Assembly: GCA_038087875.1 (NCBI GenBank)
Contig: CM075988.1
Span: forward strand, 12,898,001 to 12,962,000
Length of the DNA stretch: 64,000 nt
Source of the DNA: Malacoraja senta
Lineage: Eukaryota
Reading direction: 5' to 3'
Shown: positions 25,104 through 36,887 of the stretch, one piece after another
Layout: each line of letters begins with the position of its first letter
How positions within the stretch are numbered: the stretch's first letter is position 1
Program-made: the position numbers and the translations under genes
Notes under the pieces: generated by a model
What the model was told of the DNA's origin: nothing
The model's database searches: none
What the model saw: only the letters and a program-made list of their open reading frames with translations

Positions 25104-25373
25104 GTTTGGAAATGCTAAAGCTGTGTTGCCTTTGGTTTGGAAATGCTAAAGCTGTGTTGCCTTTGGTTTTGGAAATGCTAAAGCTGTGTTGCCTTTGGTT
25201 TGGAAATGCTAAAGCTGTGTTGCCTAATTAAAGTTGCCTTGCCTAATTAAAGTTGCCTTGCCTAATTAAAGTCGCCTTGCCTAATTAAAGTTGCCTTGCC
25301 TAATTAAAGTTGCCTTGGCTAATTAAAGTTGCCTTGGCTAATTAAAGTTGCCTTGCCTAATTAAAGTTGCTTT
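25104..25373. repeat. Minisatellites inside the Helitron: ~4 x 31 bp followed by 8 x 19 bp
   Basis: Units gtttggaaatgctaaagctgtgttgcctttg and gcctaattaaagttgcctt. Confidence 0.95.
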
Positions 25374-25704
25374 GCTTTCTATATAATTAAAAGACTAATC
25401 TTGACCACTTCCTGTTTGCGCTTTATATTGATTTTAGAAAAAACGCTACCACGTATGGCTGTGATTTTTGGCCATCTTACGCAGTCCCCCTCCGCTCATC
25501 AGGTGCCGAGGATTTTTCCCATAGATGAGAAATAAAAGAGTTATTAGTGTTTTAAAAATGTTGAGATTCTCTCTCCTGTCAATCACGCCATGAAGGCCAC
25601 GCCCCTTGTGGTGGGATGGGGGAGGGACTATACAACACAGAAGTGTCGGCGTGGCTCAGTCTCTGCAAGATGGAGGCGGGAGAGGTCACGACTCGCTGTG
25701 TTTA

Positions 25705-25826
25705 GTGGCCTTGCACCCTGCTTGAAATGGTATGAAACTGCACTCCAATTTGGTGGCCTTGCACCCTGCTTGAAGTGGTAAGAAACTGTACTTGAATTTG
25801 GTGGCCTTGCACCCTGCTTGAAATGG
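25705..25826. repeat. ~2.5 x 48-bp tandem repeat inside the Helitron
   Basis: gtggccttgcaccctgcttgaa(a/g)tgg occurs three times at 48-bp spacing. Confidence 0.9.
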
Positions 25827-26561
25827 AATTTCAAGGAATAGCCGTGAGTTAACTGCCAGTCCACCAGCCGGGAGTGAGTGAGCTGCCAGCACAACAGGCT
25901 TGAGTGACTGAGCCGCCAGCCCAAGAATCCATTCAGCCCACAATGTCCATACTAGCCCTCTGAAAACCAGACCCTTTAGCCCACAACAGCCATACTAGTG
26001 CTCCAGAAAGCCCCCTCCCCCCCACTGGCCACCAATATTGGAATTGGTGGAGCGGTGAAGTATTGCGTTCAGGGACCAGCCCTCCCGTGTGATGCTGGGA
26101 CCCAACGGGTCCCACTTAGTCTAGTACCTCATAAAATTGAGCAGAAACTGCAATGTGGTGCAGATTTTTGCATTGTTAGCTGCTGGAGACTGTACAACAG
26201 CCACTGTATGACTACTGGATTCCCAGCCCAACATCAAAGTGACAGATTGAGCAAAGTCATAGTCTGCTGAATACGAGAGTGGTTGGTCTCTGAATGCACT
26301 CCAAGGGGAGAGATACAAGAGCAATAATTATTATGCCATTAGATTATGTGATAGGAGCAAAATTGGCCATTCGGCCCATCAAGTCTACACCAATCAATCA
26401 TGGCTGATTTAACTCTCCCTCCAACCCCAGGAATAATACTACATGAATAAGTAGGGAATAAAGGGATACAACATCTGATAGAAGATGCAATTAGTTTAAT
26501 TAACCTTCATGATCAGTGAGGATCTTTGGGGCTAAAGGGCCTGTTTCTGCACTTCTTTTCT

Positions 26562-26765
26562 ATGTAGAAACAAAGAACGGCAGATGCTGGTTTATACCAA
26601 AGAAAGACGCAAAGTGCTGGAGTAACCCAACAGAAAAGATTGGGTGACGTTTCAGGTCAGACCCTTTTTCTGCGTCTGATGAAAGGTCCCGACCTGAAAC
26701 GTCACCATCCTTTTTCTCCAGAGATGCTGCTTGATATGCTGCGTTACTCCAGCACTTTGTGTCAA
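26562..26765. mobile_element. Penelope-like terminal inverted pair
   Basis: Head-to-head copies of the PLE terminal block around 26670. Confidence 0.88.
26676..26703 (+). ncRNA. Minimal hammerhead core (PLE-associated)
   Basis: CUGAUGA A AGGU-CCCG-ACCU GAAA CG UC; helix I only about 2 bp. Confidence 0.6.
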
Positions 26766-26829
26766 TCCACTTATCTATGTGTTAGGTTCCCTCTATAGTC
26801 TGTCTCAATATCTTCATAGACATTAAACA

Positions 26830-27915
26830 GACTATCGACCGACATACATACAAACCTACTGACTCCCATAGCTATCTTGACTACACTTCTTCCACCCTGC
26901 TTCCTGTAAAGACTCTATCCCCTACTCCAATTCCTCCGTCTACGCTGCATCTGCGCTCAGGATGATGTGTTCCATACCAGGGCATCGAGATGTCCTCATT
27001 CTTTAGGAAATAGGGGTTCCTCTTTTGCATTATAGATGAGGCTCTCACGAGGGTCTCATCGATATCCCACAGCTCTGCTCTTGCTCCCCCTCCCCCCATT
27101 CGTAACGAGGACAGACTCCCCCTTGTCCTCACCTTCCACCCTATCAGCCGTTGCATATAGCATATAATCCTCCGACACTTTTGCCACCTCCAACGGGATC
27201 CCGCTACTGGCCACAGCTTCCCATCTCCACCCTTTCTGCTTTCCACAGAGACCGTTCCCTCCGAAACACCCTGGTCAACTCGTCCTTTCCCACCCAAACC
27301 ACCCCTCCCCAGGTACTTTCCTCTGCAACCCCAGGAGATGCAAGACATGTCCCTTTATCTCCCCCCTCGACTCCATCCAAGGACCCAAACAGTCTTTCCA
27401 GGTGAGGTAGAGGTTCACTTGCACCTCCTCCAACCTCATTTATTGTATCCGCTGTTCCAGGTGTCAACTTCTCTACATCGGCGAGACCTAGCGCAGGCTC
27501 GGCGATCGTTTCGCTGAACACCTCTGCTCAGTCCGTCTTAACCTACCTGATCTACTGGTGACTCCCCACTCCAACTCCCCCTCCCCATTTCCAATCTGGC
27601 CTTTCTGTCCTGGGCCTCCTCCATTGTCAGAGTGAGGCCCAGTGCCAATTGGAGGAACAGCACCTCATATTTCACTTGGGTAGTTTACACCCCAGCAGTA
27701 TGAACATTGACTTCTCTAACTTCAGATAGTCCTTGCTTTCTCTCTTCATCCCCAATTCTCCCACTAGTCTTATTGTCTCGAACTACATTCTATCCTTGTC
27801 CAGCCCCCTCCCCTGACATCAGCCTGCGGAAGGGTTTTGACCCGAAACGTCACCCATTCCTTCTCTCCAAAGATGCTGCCTGACCCGTTGAGTTACTCCA
27901 GTATTTTGTGTCTAC
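26830..27915 (+). mobile_element. 5'-truncated Penelope-like retroelement (RT C-terminal region + GIY-YIG endonuclease + terminal repeat), frameshifted
   Basis: Translates in pieces as YKPTDSHSYLDYTS...LRLRCIC and RFTCTSSNLIYCIRCSRCQLLYIGET*RRLGDRFAEHL (GIY-YIG); ends gacccgaaacgtcacccattcc...ttactccagtattttgtgtcta. Confidence 0.92.
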
Positions 27916-28348
27916 AGAGACATTCTTCAGAGTGGTTTATGAGCAGGATATAAGTCTGAGAATCAGAATGTCTGAGTTGTCTAAGGTGCTTCATCCATAA
28001 TGTTGCAATAATATTCACTGAACTGAAGTACGACCATTGGCAGTATAACTCCCTGATGCCCTCAGTTCTATTACCACGTGTTCCACTCAGTGACTTCCAG
28101 TGAAAATAGCATCATCAGCCACTTTGCTTAATTTTGAATTATTGATACTGTCTCCACCCTGGGGTACTGTCAGCGCCTCCTGTTAAAGCTTGTCAGTGTG
28201 CATTGTGGTGCGAATTATGCTGATCGATTATGTGCCTAGGCATCAATTTTCTTTGTTTCCTACAATTTGACACTTGGTGCCTATATTTTGATCCTTGTTC
28301 CTGATGGGTGGCTTCGAAGCAAAGAGACAATTGGACAAACACCTAAGT

Positions 28349-28560
28349 CAGGGGTTCTCAACCTTTTTTGTCCCGTTTACCACTGGCAACTTGAATAGCA
28401 CATAACAATGTTATTACACTTTTTTATGAACAACTAATGATGAACAGATACGGGTATACCAGAACCAAACACAGTCAGTCAATGAGAAAAAATATGTACA
28501 AATCCAGAATCAACAAATGTACCCCCTGGGGGTACATTTACCCCAGTTTGGGGACCCTTG
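28349..28560. mobile_element. hAT (Charlie-like) MITE
   Basis: TIRs CAGGGGTTCTCAACCT / AGTTTGGGGACCCTTG; degenerate 8-bp TSD acctaagt / tgctaaat with central TA. Confidence 0.75.
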
Positions 28561-29149
28561 TGCTAAATCCTGCCACCCGTACGTCACATTTCCATACAAT
28601 GAAGAAAACCATTCGGTCCATTGAACGATGCCAACACCCAGAACACAGCCATCAATTTCATACTCCCACACTTAACTTATAGGAAGAGATACAACAGCAA
28701 TATTTATGAGGCATTCAGACAGACACAGGAATAGGCAGGGAATAGAGAGATACGACCATGCACAAGAAGATGCAATTAGTTTAATTTGCCATCATGATCT
28801 GTACAGACATTTAGGGCTGACGAGCCTGTTCCTGGATTCTACTTTTCTCTTCTGTAACTTATTCTCTCCCACACACCCATCAACTCCCCTGGTTTTCCTT
28901 TTGGCACCAACTATAGTGGGTGCAATTCACAGCTGCCAATTAATCTGCCATCACAACTTCATGATATGGGAGGAAAATGGAGCAGACATTGAAATCTTGC
29001 AAACACTTGCCCAGATAGCACCTGAGATGGGAATCACATCTGGTCCACAGGAACTGTGCAGTGTAATATTGGCTGGAACTAAGCATGATGTGTCTGCAAT
29101 ATTGCCACAATACCCTTTGTTGACTTGGAATTATAAAACGGACACATTA

Positions 29150-29775
29150 AGTCCCTATCCCACTTAGGCGATTTTTTCAGCGACTACAGGCGACTAGGCT
29201 ATTGCCACATGGTCGCGGGGTGACACCTGTATGGTCGTGAGTGGTCTCCTCGAGTCGCCTAAAGAGTCATAACTTTTTTCTGGTCGCCGATGGATTTTGA
29301 AATGTTCAAAATCTTCGGTGACTGTGGGCTTGACAGAACTTGTCTTCTCCTGTCTTAGGTGCTGTCGTAGGTTGTCACCAGGATGACGCAGGTTGTCACC
29401 GGGTGCTGACTTCGGTGAATTCCATTGGCGACTACCTATTCCAACCTACGTAGGCGACAGGTACTGGCGACTGAATTATCTTCAGTTGTCGCCGACAGGG
29501 TCATTGCTTGTCGTAGCTTGTCGCGGGTGAACGTAGGATGAATTTGGTTGTCGTAGGTTGTCGCCTGTGTGGTCGTAGATTGTCGTAGATGGACGTCCTA
29601 ATGGGTCGCAGTGTCGGTATCTTGCCGTAGCTTGACATTGACTAGGTGGTAGGTTGTCGTAGCTTGTTGTAGACATTATCGTGGGGGGGTCTTGTCGCCC
29701 CTTTTTCAGCGACCTGCTACGACTGTGACAGTCGCCGGCAGCCGTTGAAAAAATCGCTTTAGTGGGACAGGCCTT
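29150..29775. mobile_element. Harbinger-like MITE, second interior type
   Basis: Left end gtccctatcccacttaggcgattttttcagcgact, right end gccgttgaaaaaatcgctttagtgggacaggcctt|taa; many gtcgtag repeats. Confidence 0.8.
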
Positions 29776-29869
29776 TAAGGTATAGTGTATTGAGGGGGGG
29801 GGGGGGTGGGGGAGGCGACATCATCATTGCATCCAGCTTATCAAACTATAGAGGAATGTTATAACGATC

Positions 29870-30066
29870 AAATATAGATACATAGATACATAGAAAATAG
29901 GTGCAGGAGTAGGCCATTTGGCCCTTCGAGCCTGCACCGCCATTCAATATGATCATGGCTGATCATCCAACTCAGTATCCCATACCTGCCTTCTCTCCAT
30001 ACCCCCTGATCCCCCTGATCCCCTTAGCCACAAGGGCCACATCTAACTCCCTCTTAAATATAGCTT
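29870..30066 (-). mobile_element. CR1 3' end
   Basis: (atagatac)n tail, then aaaataggtgcaggagtaggccatttggcccttcgagcc. Confidence 0.9.
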
Positions 30067-30369
30067 AGTACGTAAATATATACTTAGTCTACTCACCCTC
30101 TCTCCATCTGGCAAAACTGTCATCTCTTGAAGTAGTTTAGTGAATCTTTGCTGCACTCCCTCATCCTTTTTAGGTATGAAAAGCCAAACATGTACACCAT
30201 ACTCCAGGTGTGGCCTCATCAAGACCCATAAACAATACGTGTGAAACTAATTTAAAATTGACTCCAGGCGTTTAGGGCCATTCCATCCTAAATCCATCTG
30301 TGTTTCCCACAGACAAGAATGTTTGGTTTTAGTTCCAGCGCAGCTAATGAAGGATTTTCATTACTGGGC

Positions 30370-30685
30370 TTAGAGCATTCAACAACACTGCACAGAAACA
30401 GGCCCTTCAGCTCATGATGTCTGTGCCGAACACTAGGCCAAGATAAACTAATCTCATCTGCCTGCATGTGAACCATATCACTCCATTCCCTGCATATACA
30501 TGTGCCTATATAAAAATCTATTAAATGCCACTATCATATCTACCTCTACCACCATCCCCGGCAATGCATCCCACTGTGCAAAAAAAACCTTGCCTTGCGC
30601 ATCTCCTTTAAACTTTGTCCTTGTGCCCACTTCATTCTCATGTCCTCCCCCTTTAACATTTCCTCCCTGAGGAAAAAGGGTCGGA
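30370..30685 (-). mobile_element. CR1 3' end, diverged
   Basis: acagaaacaggcccttcagc...ccatatcactccattccctgc...cttgccttgcgcatctcctttaaac. Confidence 0.8.
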
Positions 30686-31034
30686 GTGTCTTGATGAATG
30701 AAAATGAATTACTGATCAATGAATAAATGGACACACCTGTACAAATTGAACTGCAGAACAATGAATGCATTCTCTGCTATGATCATTTTAAATGTTTCTG
30801 TGATTCATTTATAAGCTATGATTACAGCTGTGATACCATTGCAGCTTGCTGCAATCTACGTAGAACATTATTCACTTTCATTGTACAGGTGTTTATTTTC
30901 TCTGGAACTCTCTGCACTTTGTTGATCACGGTAAATGAATCACGGTGTGATGACAAATGGAGACCACACCCGCACATCAGGATGAACAACAACTATGGAG
31001 TGCCGTGCCTGCACAGACAAGATACATGATCATG

Positions 31035-31247
31035 TGTATCAGAAGGAGCTGCAGATGCTGGTTTAAACCGAAGTTAGACACAAAAAGCTGGAGAAACTCA
31101 GTGGGTCAGACAGCATGTCTGGAGAAAGGGAATAGGTGACGTTCTTCATACTGAAGAAGCGTCTCGACCCGATGCGTCACCTATTCCTTTTCTCCAGAGA
31201 TGCTGTCTGACCCACTGAGTTACTACAGCTTTTTGTGTCTATCTTCA
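31035..31247. mobile_element. Penelope-like terminal inverted pair
   Basis: agacacaaaaagctggag...aataggtgacg and inverted cgtcacctattcc...ctttttgtgtct. Confidence 0.9.
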
Positions 31248-31814
31248 AAGCATGATCATGCCGAGAATGAAAATGTAGGTTCATTTCACATAAGAAATTC
31301 TTAATTTTTACTTTAATATGCTGTTCAGAGCTGATTGAAGCTTAATGCTCAGAAGATGCCTCTGTCAGAAGTCATTGGTTGCATGCTACTCTGATTGTCT
31401 TCACCATAGGTCACAATATTTACACTCTGATCTCTGATAGCATGAAATTTCTCCCTATCACAACTTGCTGCACAGAGTGGCTCATGAAGAGGAAACTGGG
31501 CCAACTGTCCCTTGAAATTATGGCTCTGATCAGGATTCCCTGGAACTATTATGTTGGTTCATGATAAAGACAAAGAAAGAAATACTTAGATTATGTGGCT
31601 GCTTATAATAACACAAATCTGGGCTTACAATACTATGACCTGCATTGTTTCCTTTTACTTAGAATAGGAAGGAGTGCATAGTGCTGTTTCAAAGAACAGG
31701 GGAGTTTTATCCTGTGCTGTGGCCATAATTCATCTAGCAATTCTGTGGGATTAGAGTGAAAAAGAAACAAAGCACTGGAATAACTCAGCAGGTCAGGCAG
31801 CTGCTCCAGAGAGT

Positions 31815-31942
31815 TTAAAGAAGGAACTGCAGATGCTGGAAAATCGAAGGTACACAAAAATGCTGAGAAACTCACGGGTGCAGCAGCATCTGTGAGCGAA
31901 GGAAATAGGCAACGTTTCAGGCCGAAACCCTTCTTCAGACCT
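31815..31942 (-). mobile_element. Young Penelope-like terminal repeat with hammerhead core (GUU variant)
   Basis: Minus strand AGGU CUGAAGA A GGGU-UUCG-GCCU GAAA CG UU GCCU. Confidence 0.85.
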
Positions 31943-32130
31943 GCTGCTCCAGATAACAAGGATATGTCATTTTTTCGGGGCAGGAACCTTCTTCAGAATC
32001 AGGATGAGAGTAAATGGGTGCCTGGTGTTCACCATGAACTTGGTGAGCCTGCTGGCCTGTTTCCGTGCAGTATGACTCCCAGACTCTAAGATAACCTGAG
32101 CACTTGGGAAGAAGTGATTGCCTGGTCATT

Positions 32131-32335
32131 TTTTTTTTTTTTTTGCAACTTTATTTATATAGCACATTTCATACACGAGGCAGACTCAAAGTGCTCACAT
32201 AAAAACATGTCATACAATAAATGAAATAATAAAATGAAATAAAATAGAAGAACTAAAGAAAAGAAAAACAGAATTAAAAATGCATTATAAAAAGTGCAAA
32301 AGTTAAAAGTGCAATGTAGTTAAGATTTAGCTGTA
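32131..32335 (-). mobile_element. L2-type 3' fragment with poly(A) and 6-bp TSD
   Basis: TSD GTCATT at 32125-32130 and 32336-32341; T16 run; minus-strand tail gcactttgagtctgcctcgtgtatgaaatgtgctatataaataaa. Confidence 0.8.
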
Positions 32336-32699
32336 GTCATTATCACATTGCTGTTTGCGAGATTTTGACAAGTACAAATTGCCGACTGTGCACCCTGGAT
32401 TTGAACACTTCAAATACACTCATGAACGATAATGTAGTTTGAAACTTTTTGAATTAATGATGGGTGAATTTAGTTGTAAATTTTAATCAAAATCTAAATG
32501 CAGATGTTGAAATTCTGAAAATAAAATAGAAAATAATGGAAACATTCAAGAGGTCAGGCAGCATCTGTGGGTAGAGAAACAAAGTTAGTGCTTCAGGTCA
32601 TGACTCTTGATCAAAACAGTTTTTCAAAGGATTTCTGACTGGAAGTGTTTGCTTTCTCCAGATACTGGCTGACCTGCTGAGTGCTCCTGGCATGTAGGT

Positions 32700-33110
32700 G
32701 GGTACTGATGGCACAGTGGCTCAGCTATTTGAATGCTGCTTCCCACCGCCAGAGATATAGGTTCAATCCTACCTGCGGGCAGTCTCTCTGTGACTGCGTG
32801 GGTTTTGTCCAGGTTCTCCGATTCACTCCGCATCACAACGACGTGGTTGGTAGGATAATTGCCATCTGTAAATTGCCATCATTTACGCGTCAAGACGCAT
32901 GGCGTGTGCGGCGTGACGGGCACGTGGCACGCGCATGGTGCGTGGTGACGTAGACAGTGACCCAGGATTTTGGGTTACACAAAATCTTCGCGCGCCACCT
33001 GCGTGACGCGCAAATGACGCCCAAGTGGAACAGGCCCTTAATGTGCAGGTAAATGGTAGAATGTGTGCGTGTTGGTGAGTTAGTGAGGAAATCCATGCTG
33101 TATTTATTCT
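32700..33110 (+). mobile_element. Diverged HE1-type SINE interrupted by a MITE half
   Basis: Head tggcacagtggctcagc...ggttcaatcct; body stops at ctgtaaattgcc (32878) and resumes at taatgtgcagg (33039). Confidence 0.7.
32879..33038. mobile_element. One-ended Harbinger-like MITE, CpG-rich
   Basis: Right TIR AAGTGGAACAGGCCCT|TAA matches the 7212-7609 family; left TIR absent. Confidence 0.65.
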
Positions 33111-33931
33111 ATGAGTTAATGTTTTTATTTTAAACGTAAACCATCCTTATTTTGAAGACAAAAATTGAAAGTGCATTAGAATTCACCTTATTTCAGTGCA
33201 ACAATTACTCTAAAATGAACACTATCTTGAAATCAAGATACATAAACACTTCACTTAAATTTGAATGCATTTTCACTGCTACACTCCTTCACTAGTAGCT
33301 GAGCAGCTTCATTCAATATAATGGTGGGTGAGATTGAAAGCTTATTTGGAAATTGATTATTTCAGTCAGCCACTTGGCAAGTTCATCTTTCAACAAGAGA
33401 TCTAAACACTAACAACAGTTTTTAGGTGTATTTCTAAAGTGACAATTGATTTTTTTTTTGTGTGAACAATTGTGGGACCTATACAATGGCTCACAAATTA
33501 AAACAAAAATTGCAGAGAGTCATCAGAGCAGAAATCGATCTCCCTTTGTATTATTCACATGTTGTTCGTCAGCCTTTTGTCAATTGCTGCCCCCTCCATT
33601 CCGTGACTGATACACTGTCCCCACCTTTGAATGCCAGCACTTGAACGACAGAACAAAAAGTGACTGAGAACCAAATCTTACAAAAGGTTAGGGTTATGAC
33701 TGACTACACTTCCACGATGTCCTGTTTAATAGGTATCATGTTTCTTTGTAGCGATAGCTGGTCATTATTTTGAACATCCTGACATCTGAAAATGCAACAA
33801 ACTTTATCTGAGCTGAGTTCAGACCCATTCATTCTCATTTGAAACTGGAGCTTGTTTGTCTTCTTTCTGACCCACTTGAGGGGAAGTTCACCTTTTGTTA
33901 TCTGCTTAATTTAAAGTTGCAGCAGAGTTGA

Positions 33932-34131
33932 NNNNNNNNNNNNNNNNNNNNNNNNNNNNNNNNNNNNNNNNNNNNNNNNNNNNNNNNNNNNNNNNNNNNN
34001 NNNNNNNNNNNNNNNNNNNNNNNNNNNNNNNNNNNNNNNNNNNNNNNNNNNNNNNNNNNNNNNNNNNNNNNNNNNNNNNNNNNNNNNNNNNNNNNNNNNN
34101 NNNNNNNNNNNNNNNNNNNNNNNNNNNNNNN
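33932..34131. other. Assembly gap (200 N)
   Basis: Run of 200 N. Confidence 1.
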
Positions 34132-34235
34132 CCTCTCTCCCTCTCCCTCTCCCTCTCCCTCTCTCCCCCCCCTCTCCCTCTCCCTCTCCCTCTCTCCCTC
34201 TCTCTCCCTCCCCCTCTCCCTCCCCCTCTCTCTCA

Positions 34236-34275
<40 letters not shown>

Positions 34276-34312
34276 CCTCTCTCTCTCTCTCCCCCCCCCC
34301 TCTTTCTCTCTC
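34132..34312. repeat. (CT)n/(CCCTCT)n polypyrimidine microsatellite
   Basis: Direct reading; abuts the gap. Confidence 0.98.
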
Positions 34313-35719
34313 ACCAGCAACTGTCTTCAACATTTCCCTCCCTTCCCCCCATCATTCTGCTAAACCTCCTCTGCACTCTCTCGAAAGCCTCCACATCCTT
34401 CCTGTAAACTGCACGCAATACTCCAAATGCGGCCAAATTAAAGTCCTATAACGCTGCAACATGACTTCCTGTTCTATAGTGAGCAACCTGTGCCCATCTT
34501 TATCGACTCTTTTCACAAATCCGTAAACTTTCGCAGCAAATATTTCCAGTCAAATCTGGGTGGTTAATCAGCTCCTATATTCTAAAGCTGCCATGCTGTT
34601 TATATGGTGAATCCATTTTGTTAAACTTTGTGTTAGCTAACCTCCAATGTAAGTATCTGGCTTTAGTCAGATTTAAGTAGCACTTTGTACAAAGAATGCT
34701 CAGAACCTGGAAAAGTTTGTTAATGAAGCTATAGCAAAACTGTGGAAAATTTTGAGGCAGAATTTGAGAAGATTCTAATGAAGTATCAGTTAGAAATGGT
34801 GGATGGCCTAACACATCAGTAATTGTTTTAATGGTTTAGTTTGTTCATAAACAATGTGTCCCTTGGTTACTTGGGAATATTCATTCCAGCGATTTAATAA
34901 CCTCCTTTATGTCAGGTAATGAAACAACTGACATTCCATTTGCCTCAGTCACTTCAGTCATAACACACTGTGTGTTAATATGAAGCATTAATGAGTTCAT
35001 AATGAATGCTGCAATCATGCATTATAACTTTTGCTATAGAACTTACCATGATCTGCAATTGTGATTATACAGTAACTATATCTCTCATGAAACCTGAAGT
35101 GTAATGAGTGCCGTTATTCTCCAAGGTATTGAAAATGACAGATTACCAGTGTTATGGATGTCACAGTTGAATGATCACATTACAATCCATTATGAAAGTG
35201 GCATCATCCCTAAGGGTTGAAAACAAAGACAGACTTTATCACACTTCGGATCCTCATTCCTCGTATTTTCATTTTAGACCCAGGGGCTCAGGATCTACAG
35301 CAAGGAATTAATATATTTTCCGATCATGGACATGGATGGTCCCAATGGTTTCACTTGATCATATATTTCTGTGCATTTGTAAGAGGCATTAACATGGGTT
35401 CATTCTAATCATTTCATTGCAATCATTCGTCTGTGGTTCTAATCGCTGCATCATCCAAAAGCTCTTCAATAGCACTTCTGATCAGCGAAGTCATTGTGTT
35501 GTCATTAATTTTGCCGCCTTTGCAACAATCCTCAAAAGAAAGTCACGATATTTTTCTGACCATTCAGTGCGAGGACTGCCAGGGCACTTGATTAGGTGGT
35601 GTTGTTAACAAAGAAAAAAGGCAGGATATTTTTAATTTTTGTCAGAGTTAGGTGTACATTTCTCTTGTGCTTACGGCGAATGGGCAGAGACATATGGGAT
35701 ATTTGCAGCTTACAACCCA

Positions 35720-36040
35720 TGCATCTCCCCTCTCTCTCCGTCTCTGTCCCCCACACCAAAGCCTTTGTACTAGCTTCAAAGTCATCTTGTTCTCATTGTC
35801 TGTAACTCGTTTTTACCTAGTCCACAGCTAACAGTGACCTGCTTCCTTTCTCATTGTTACTTTTTTACATATCTTTCACTCATTTGTTCTTTATCTCTCT
35901 ATATCACCGTCTGTATCTCTCGTTTCCCTTTACCCTGACTCTCAGTCTGAAGAAGGGTCTCGACCCAAAACATTGCCCATTCCTTTTCTCCACAGATGCT
36001 GTCTGACCCACTGAGTAACTCCAGCTTTTTGTATCTATTT
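35720..36040 (+). mobile_element. Penelope-like 3' region
   Basis: ccctgactctcagtctgaagaagggtctcgacccaaaacattg...ccagctttttgtatct. Confidence 0.85.
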
Positions 36041-36079
36041 TAGGATATTTGTTCATTAGTTTCAGAGAACATATAACAT

Positions 36080-36590
36080 CTAGCTTATAAACAGGCCTTT
36101 TAGCCCACAATGCCCATGCCAAACATGATGCCAAGTTAAACTAATGTCCTGTGCTTGTACATGATCCATATCCCTCCATGCCCTGTATATATAAAAATGC
36201 TTTAGACACCACTGCAGGCACCTTGCACTTTATATATGCATACTTGATATCCTCATTTTTAGAATAGTGCGCATGTCTAAATACTACCAAAGTTTAATTT
36301 ACGTGCTCCTGTCTTCGGAATAACATACTCAAATTTATGCCTGGCACCTTATGACAGCATAGTCGCGTCCGATGCCTCGCATAGGTTTGCTTTATGTGCT
36401 TTTTGCTTTACACGCTCCTTTTCAAGCTTATAACCATTGCGCAAAATGCGAGGTGCCTATCTCACATCCGCCACCATCACTGCTCCTGGCAACACGTTCC
36501 AGACATCCACCACTCTCTGTCTAAAATATCTTGCCCTTAATATCTTTTTATAAAATTGGCTCCTCTCACCTTAAATGACCACTGGTAGGC
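36080..36590 (-). mobile_element. CR1 3' end interrupted by a MITE
   Basis: aaacaggccttttagcccacaatg...ccatatccctcc, resuming at ccaccatcactgctcctggcaacacgttccag. Confidence 0.7.
36215..36458. mobile_element. Short TIR element, possibly Tc1/mariner-pogo MITE
   Basis: AGGCACCTTGCACTTT (36216) versus reverse complement of AAAATGCGAGGTGCCT (36443-36458), 14/16 identical. Confidence 0.55.
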
Positions 36591-36887
36591 AAATATTGTT
36601 CTACATGACTGCAGGGGGAATTTGGAATCTGCTTACCAAGCACCATTTCAGCTCATGGATAACACTTTATCCTTGTTCAGCTCCCCACCATAGTTACGCG
36701 ATAGTTTGCTCTATGACCAAGCATATCACTTTCCCACTTACTGTATATGCATTATACTCCCATTCTATCCTCCTAACTTAATTTCTTGTTTTACCTCTTT
36801 TCCTCTGTACCTCTTTTTAAACTTGTTTCATTCAATTCTTCTTCTTGCATATGGTGTGCACAGCCTAAAGTTGTAAGACAACCTGTT

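Larger units (their letters stand above)
24714..26124 (+). mobile_element. Non-autonomous Helitron
   Basis: A|TC 5' end (TCTATATTACTAAAAG), 3' hairpin TGGGACCC-AAC-GGGTCCCA (26096-26114), then CTAG|T; no TSD. Confidence 0.88.
31675..32450 (+). mobile_element. Old Deu-domain SINE split by nested insertions
   Basis: aagaacaggggagtttt...tggccata and ctggtcatt / tatcacattgctgtttg...acaaattg...cacttcaaa. Confidence 0.55.

Noticed and set aside
25104..25373. Regular short repeats resembling a CRISPR array
   Set aside because: Head-to-tail tandem units with no unique spacers, no cas genes, eukaryotic context, and located inside a Helitron.
27824..27851. Hammerhead in the terminal repeat of the long PLE copy
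   Set aside because: Core reads CUGCGGA rather than CUGANGA, so predicted inactive; likewise the copies near 31151, 35947, 37124 and 43234 carry core mutations.
33898..34407. ORFs of 140-159 aa (ER/GE-rich or LS-rich)
   Set aside because: Artefacts of the N gap and the CT microsatellite.
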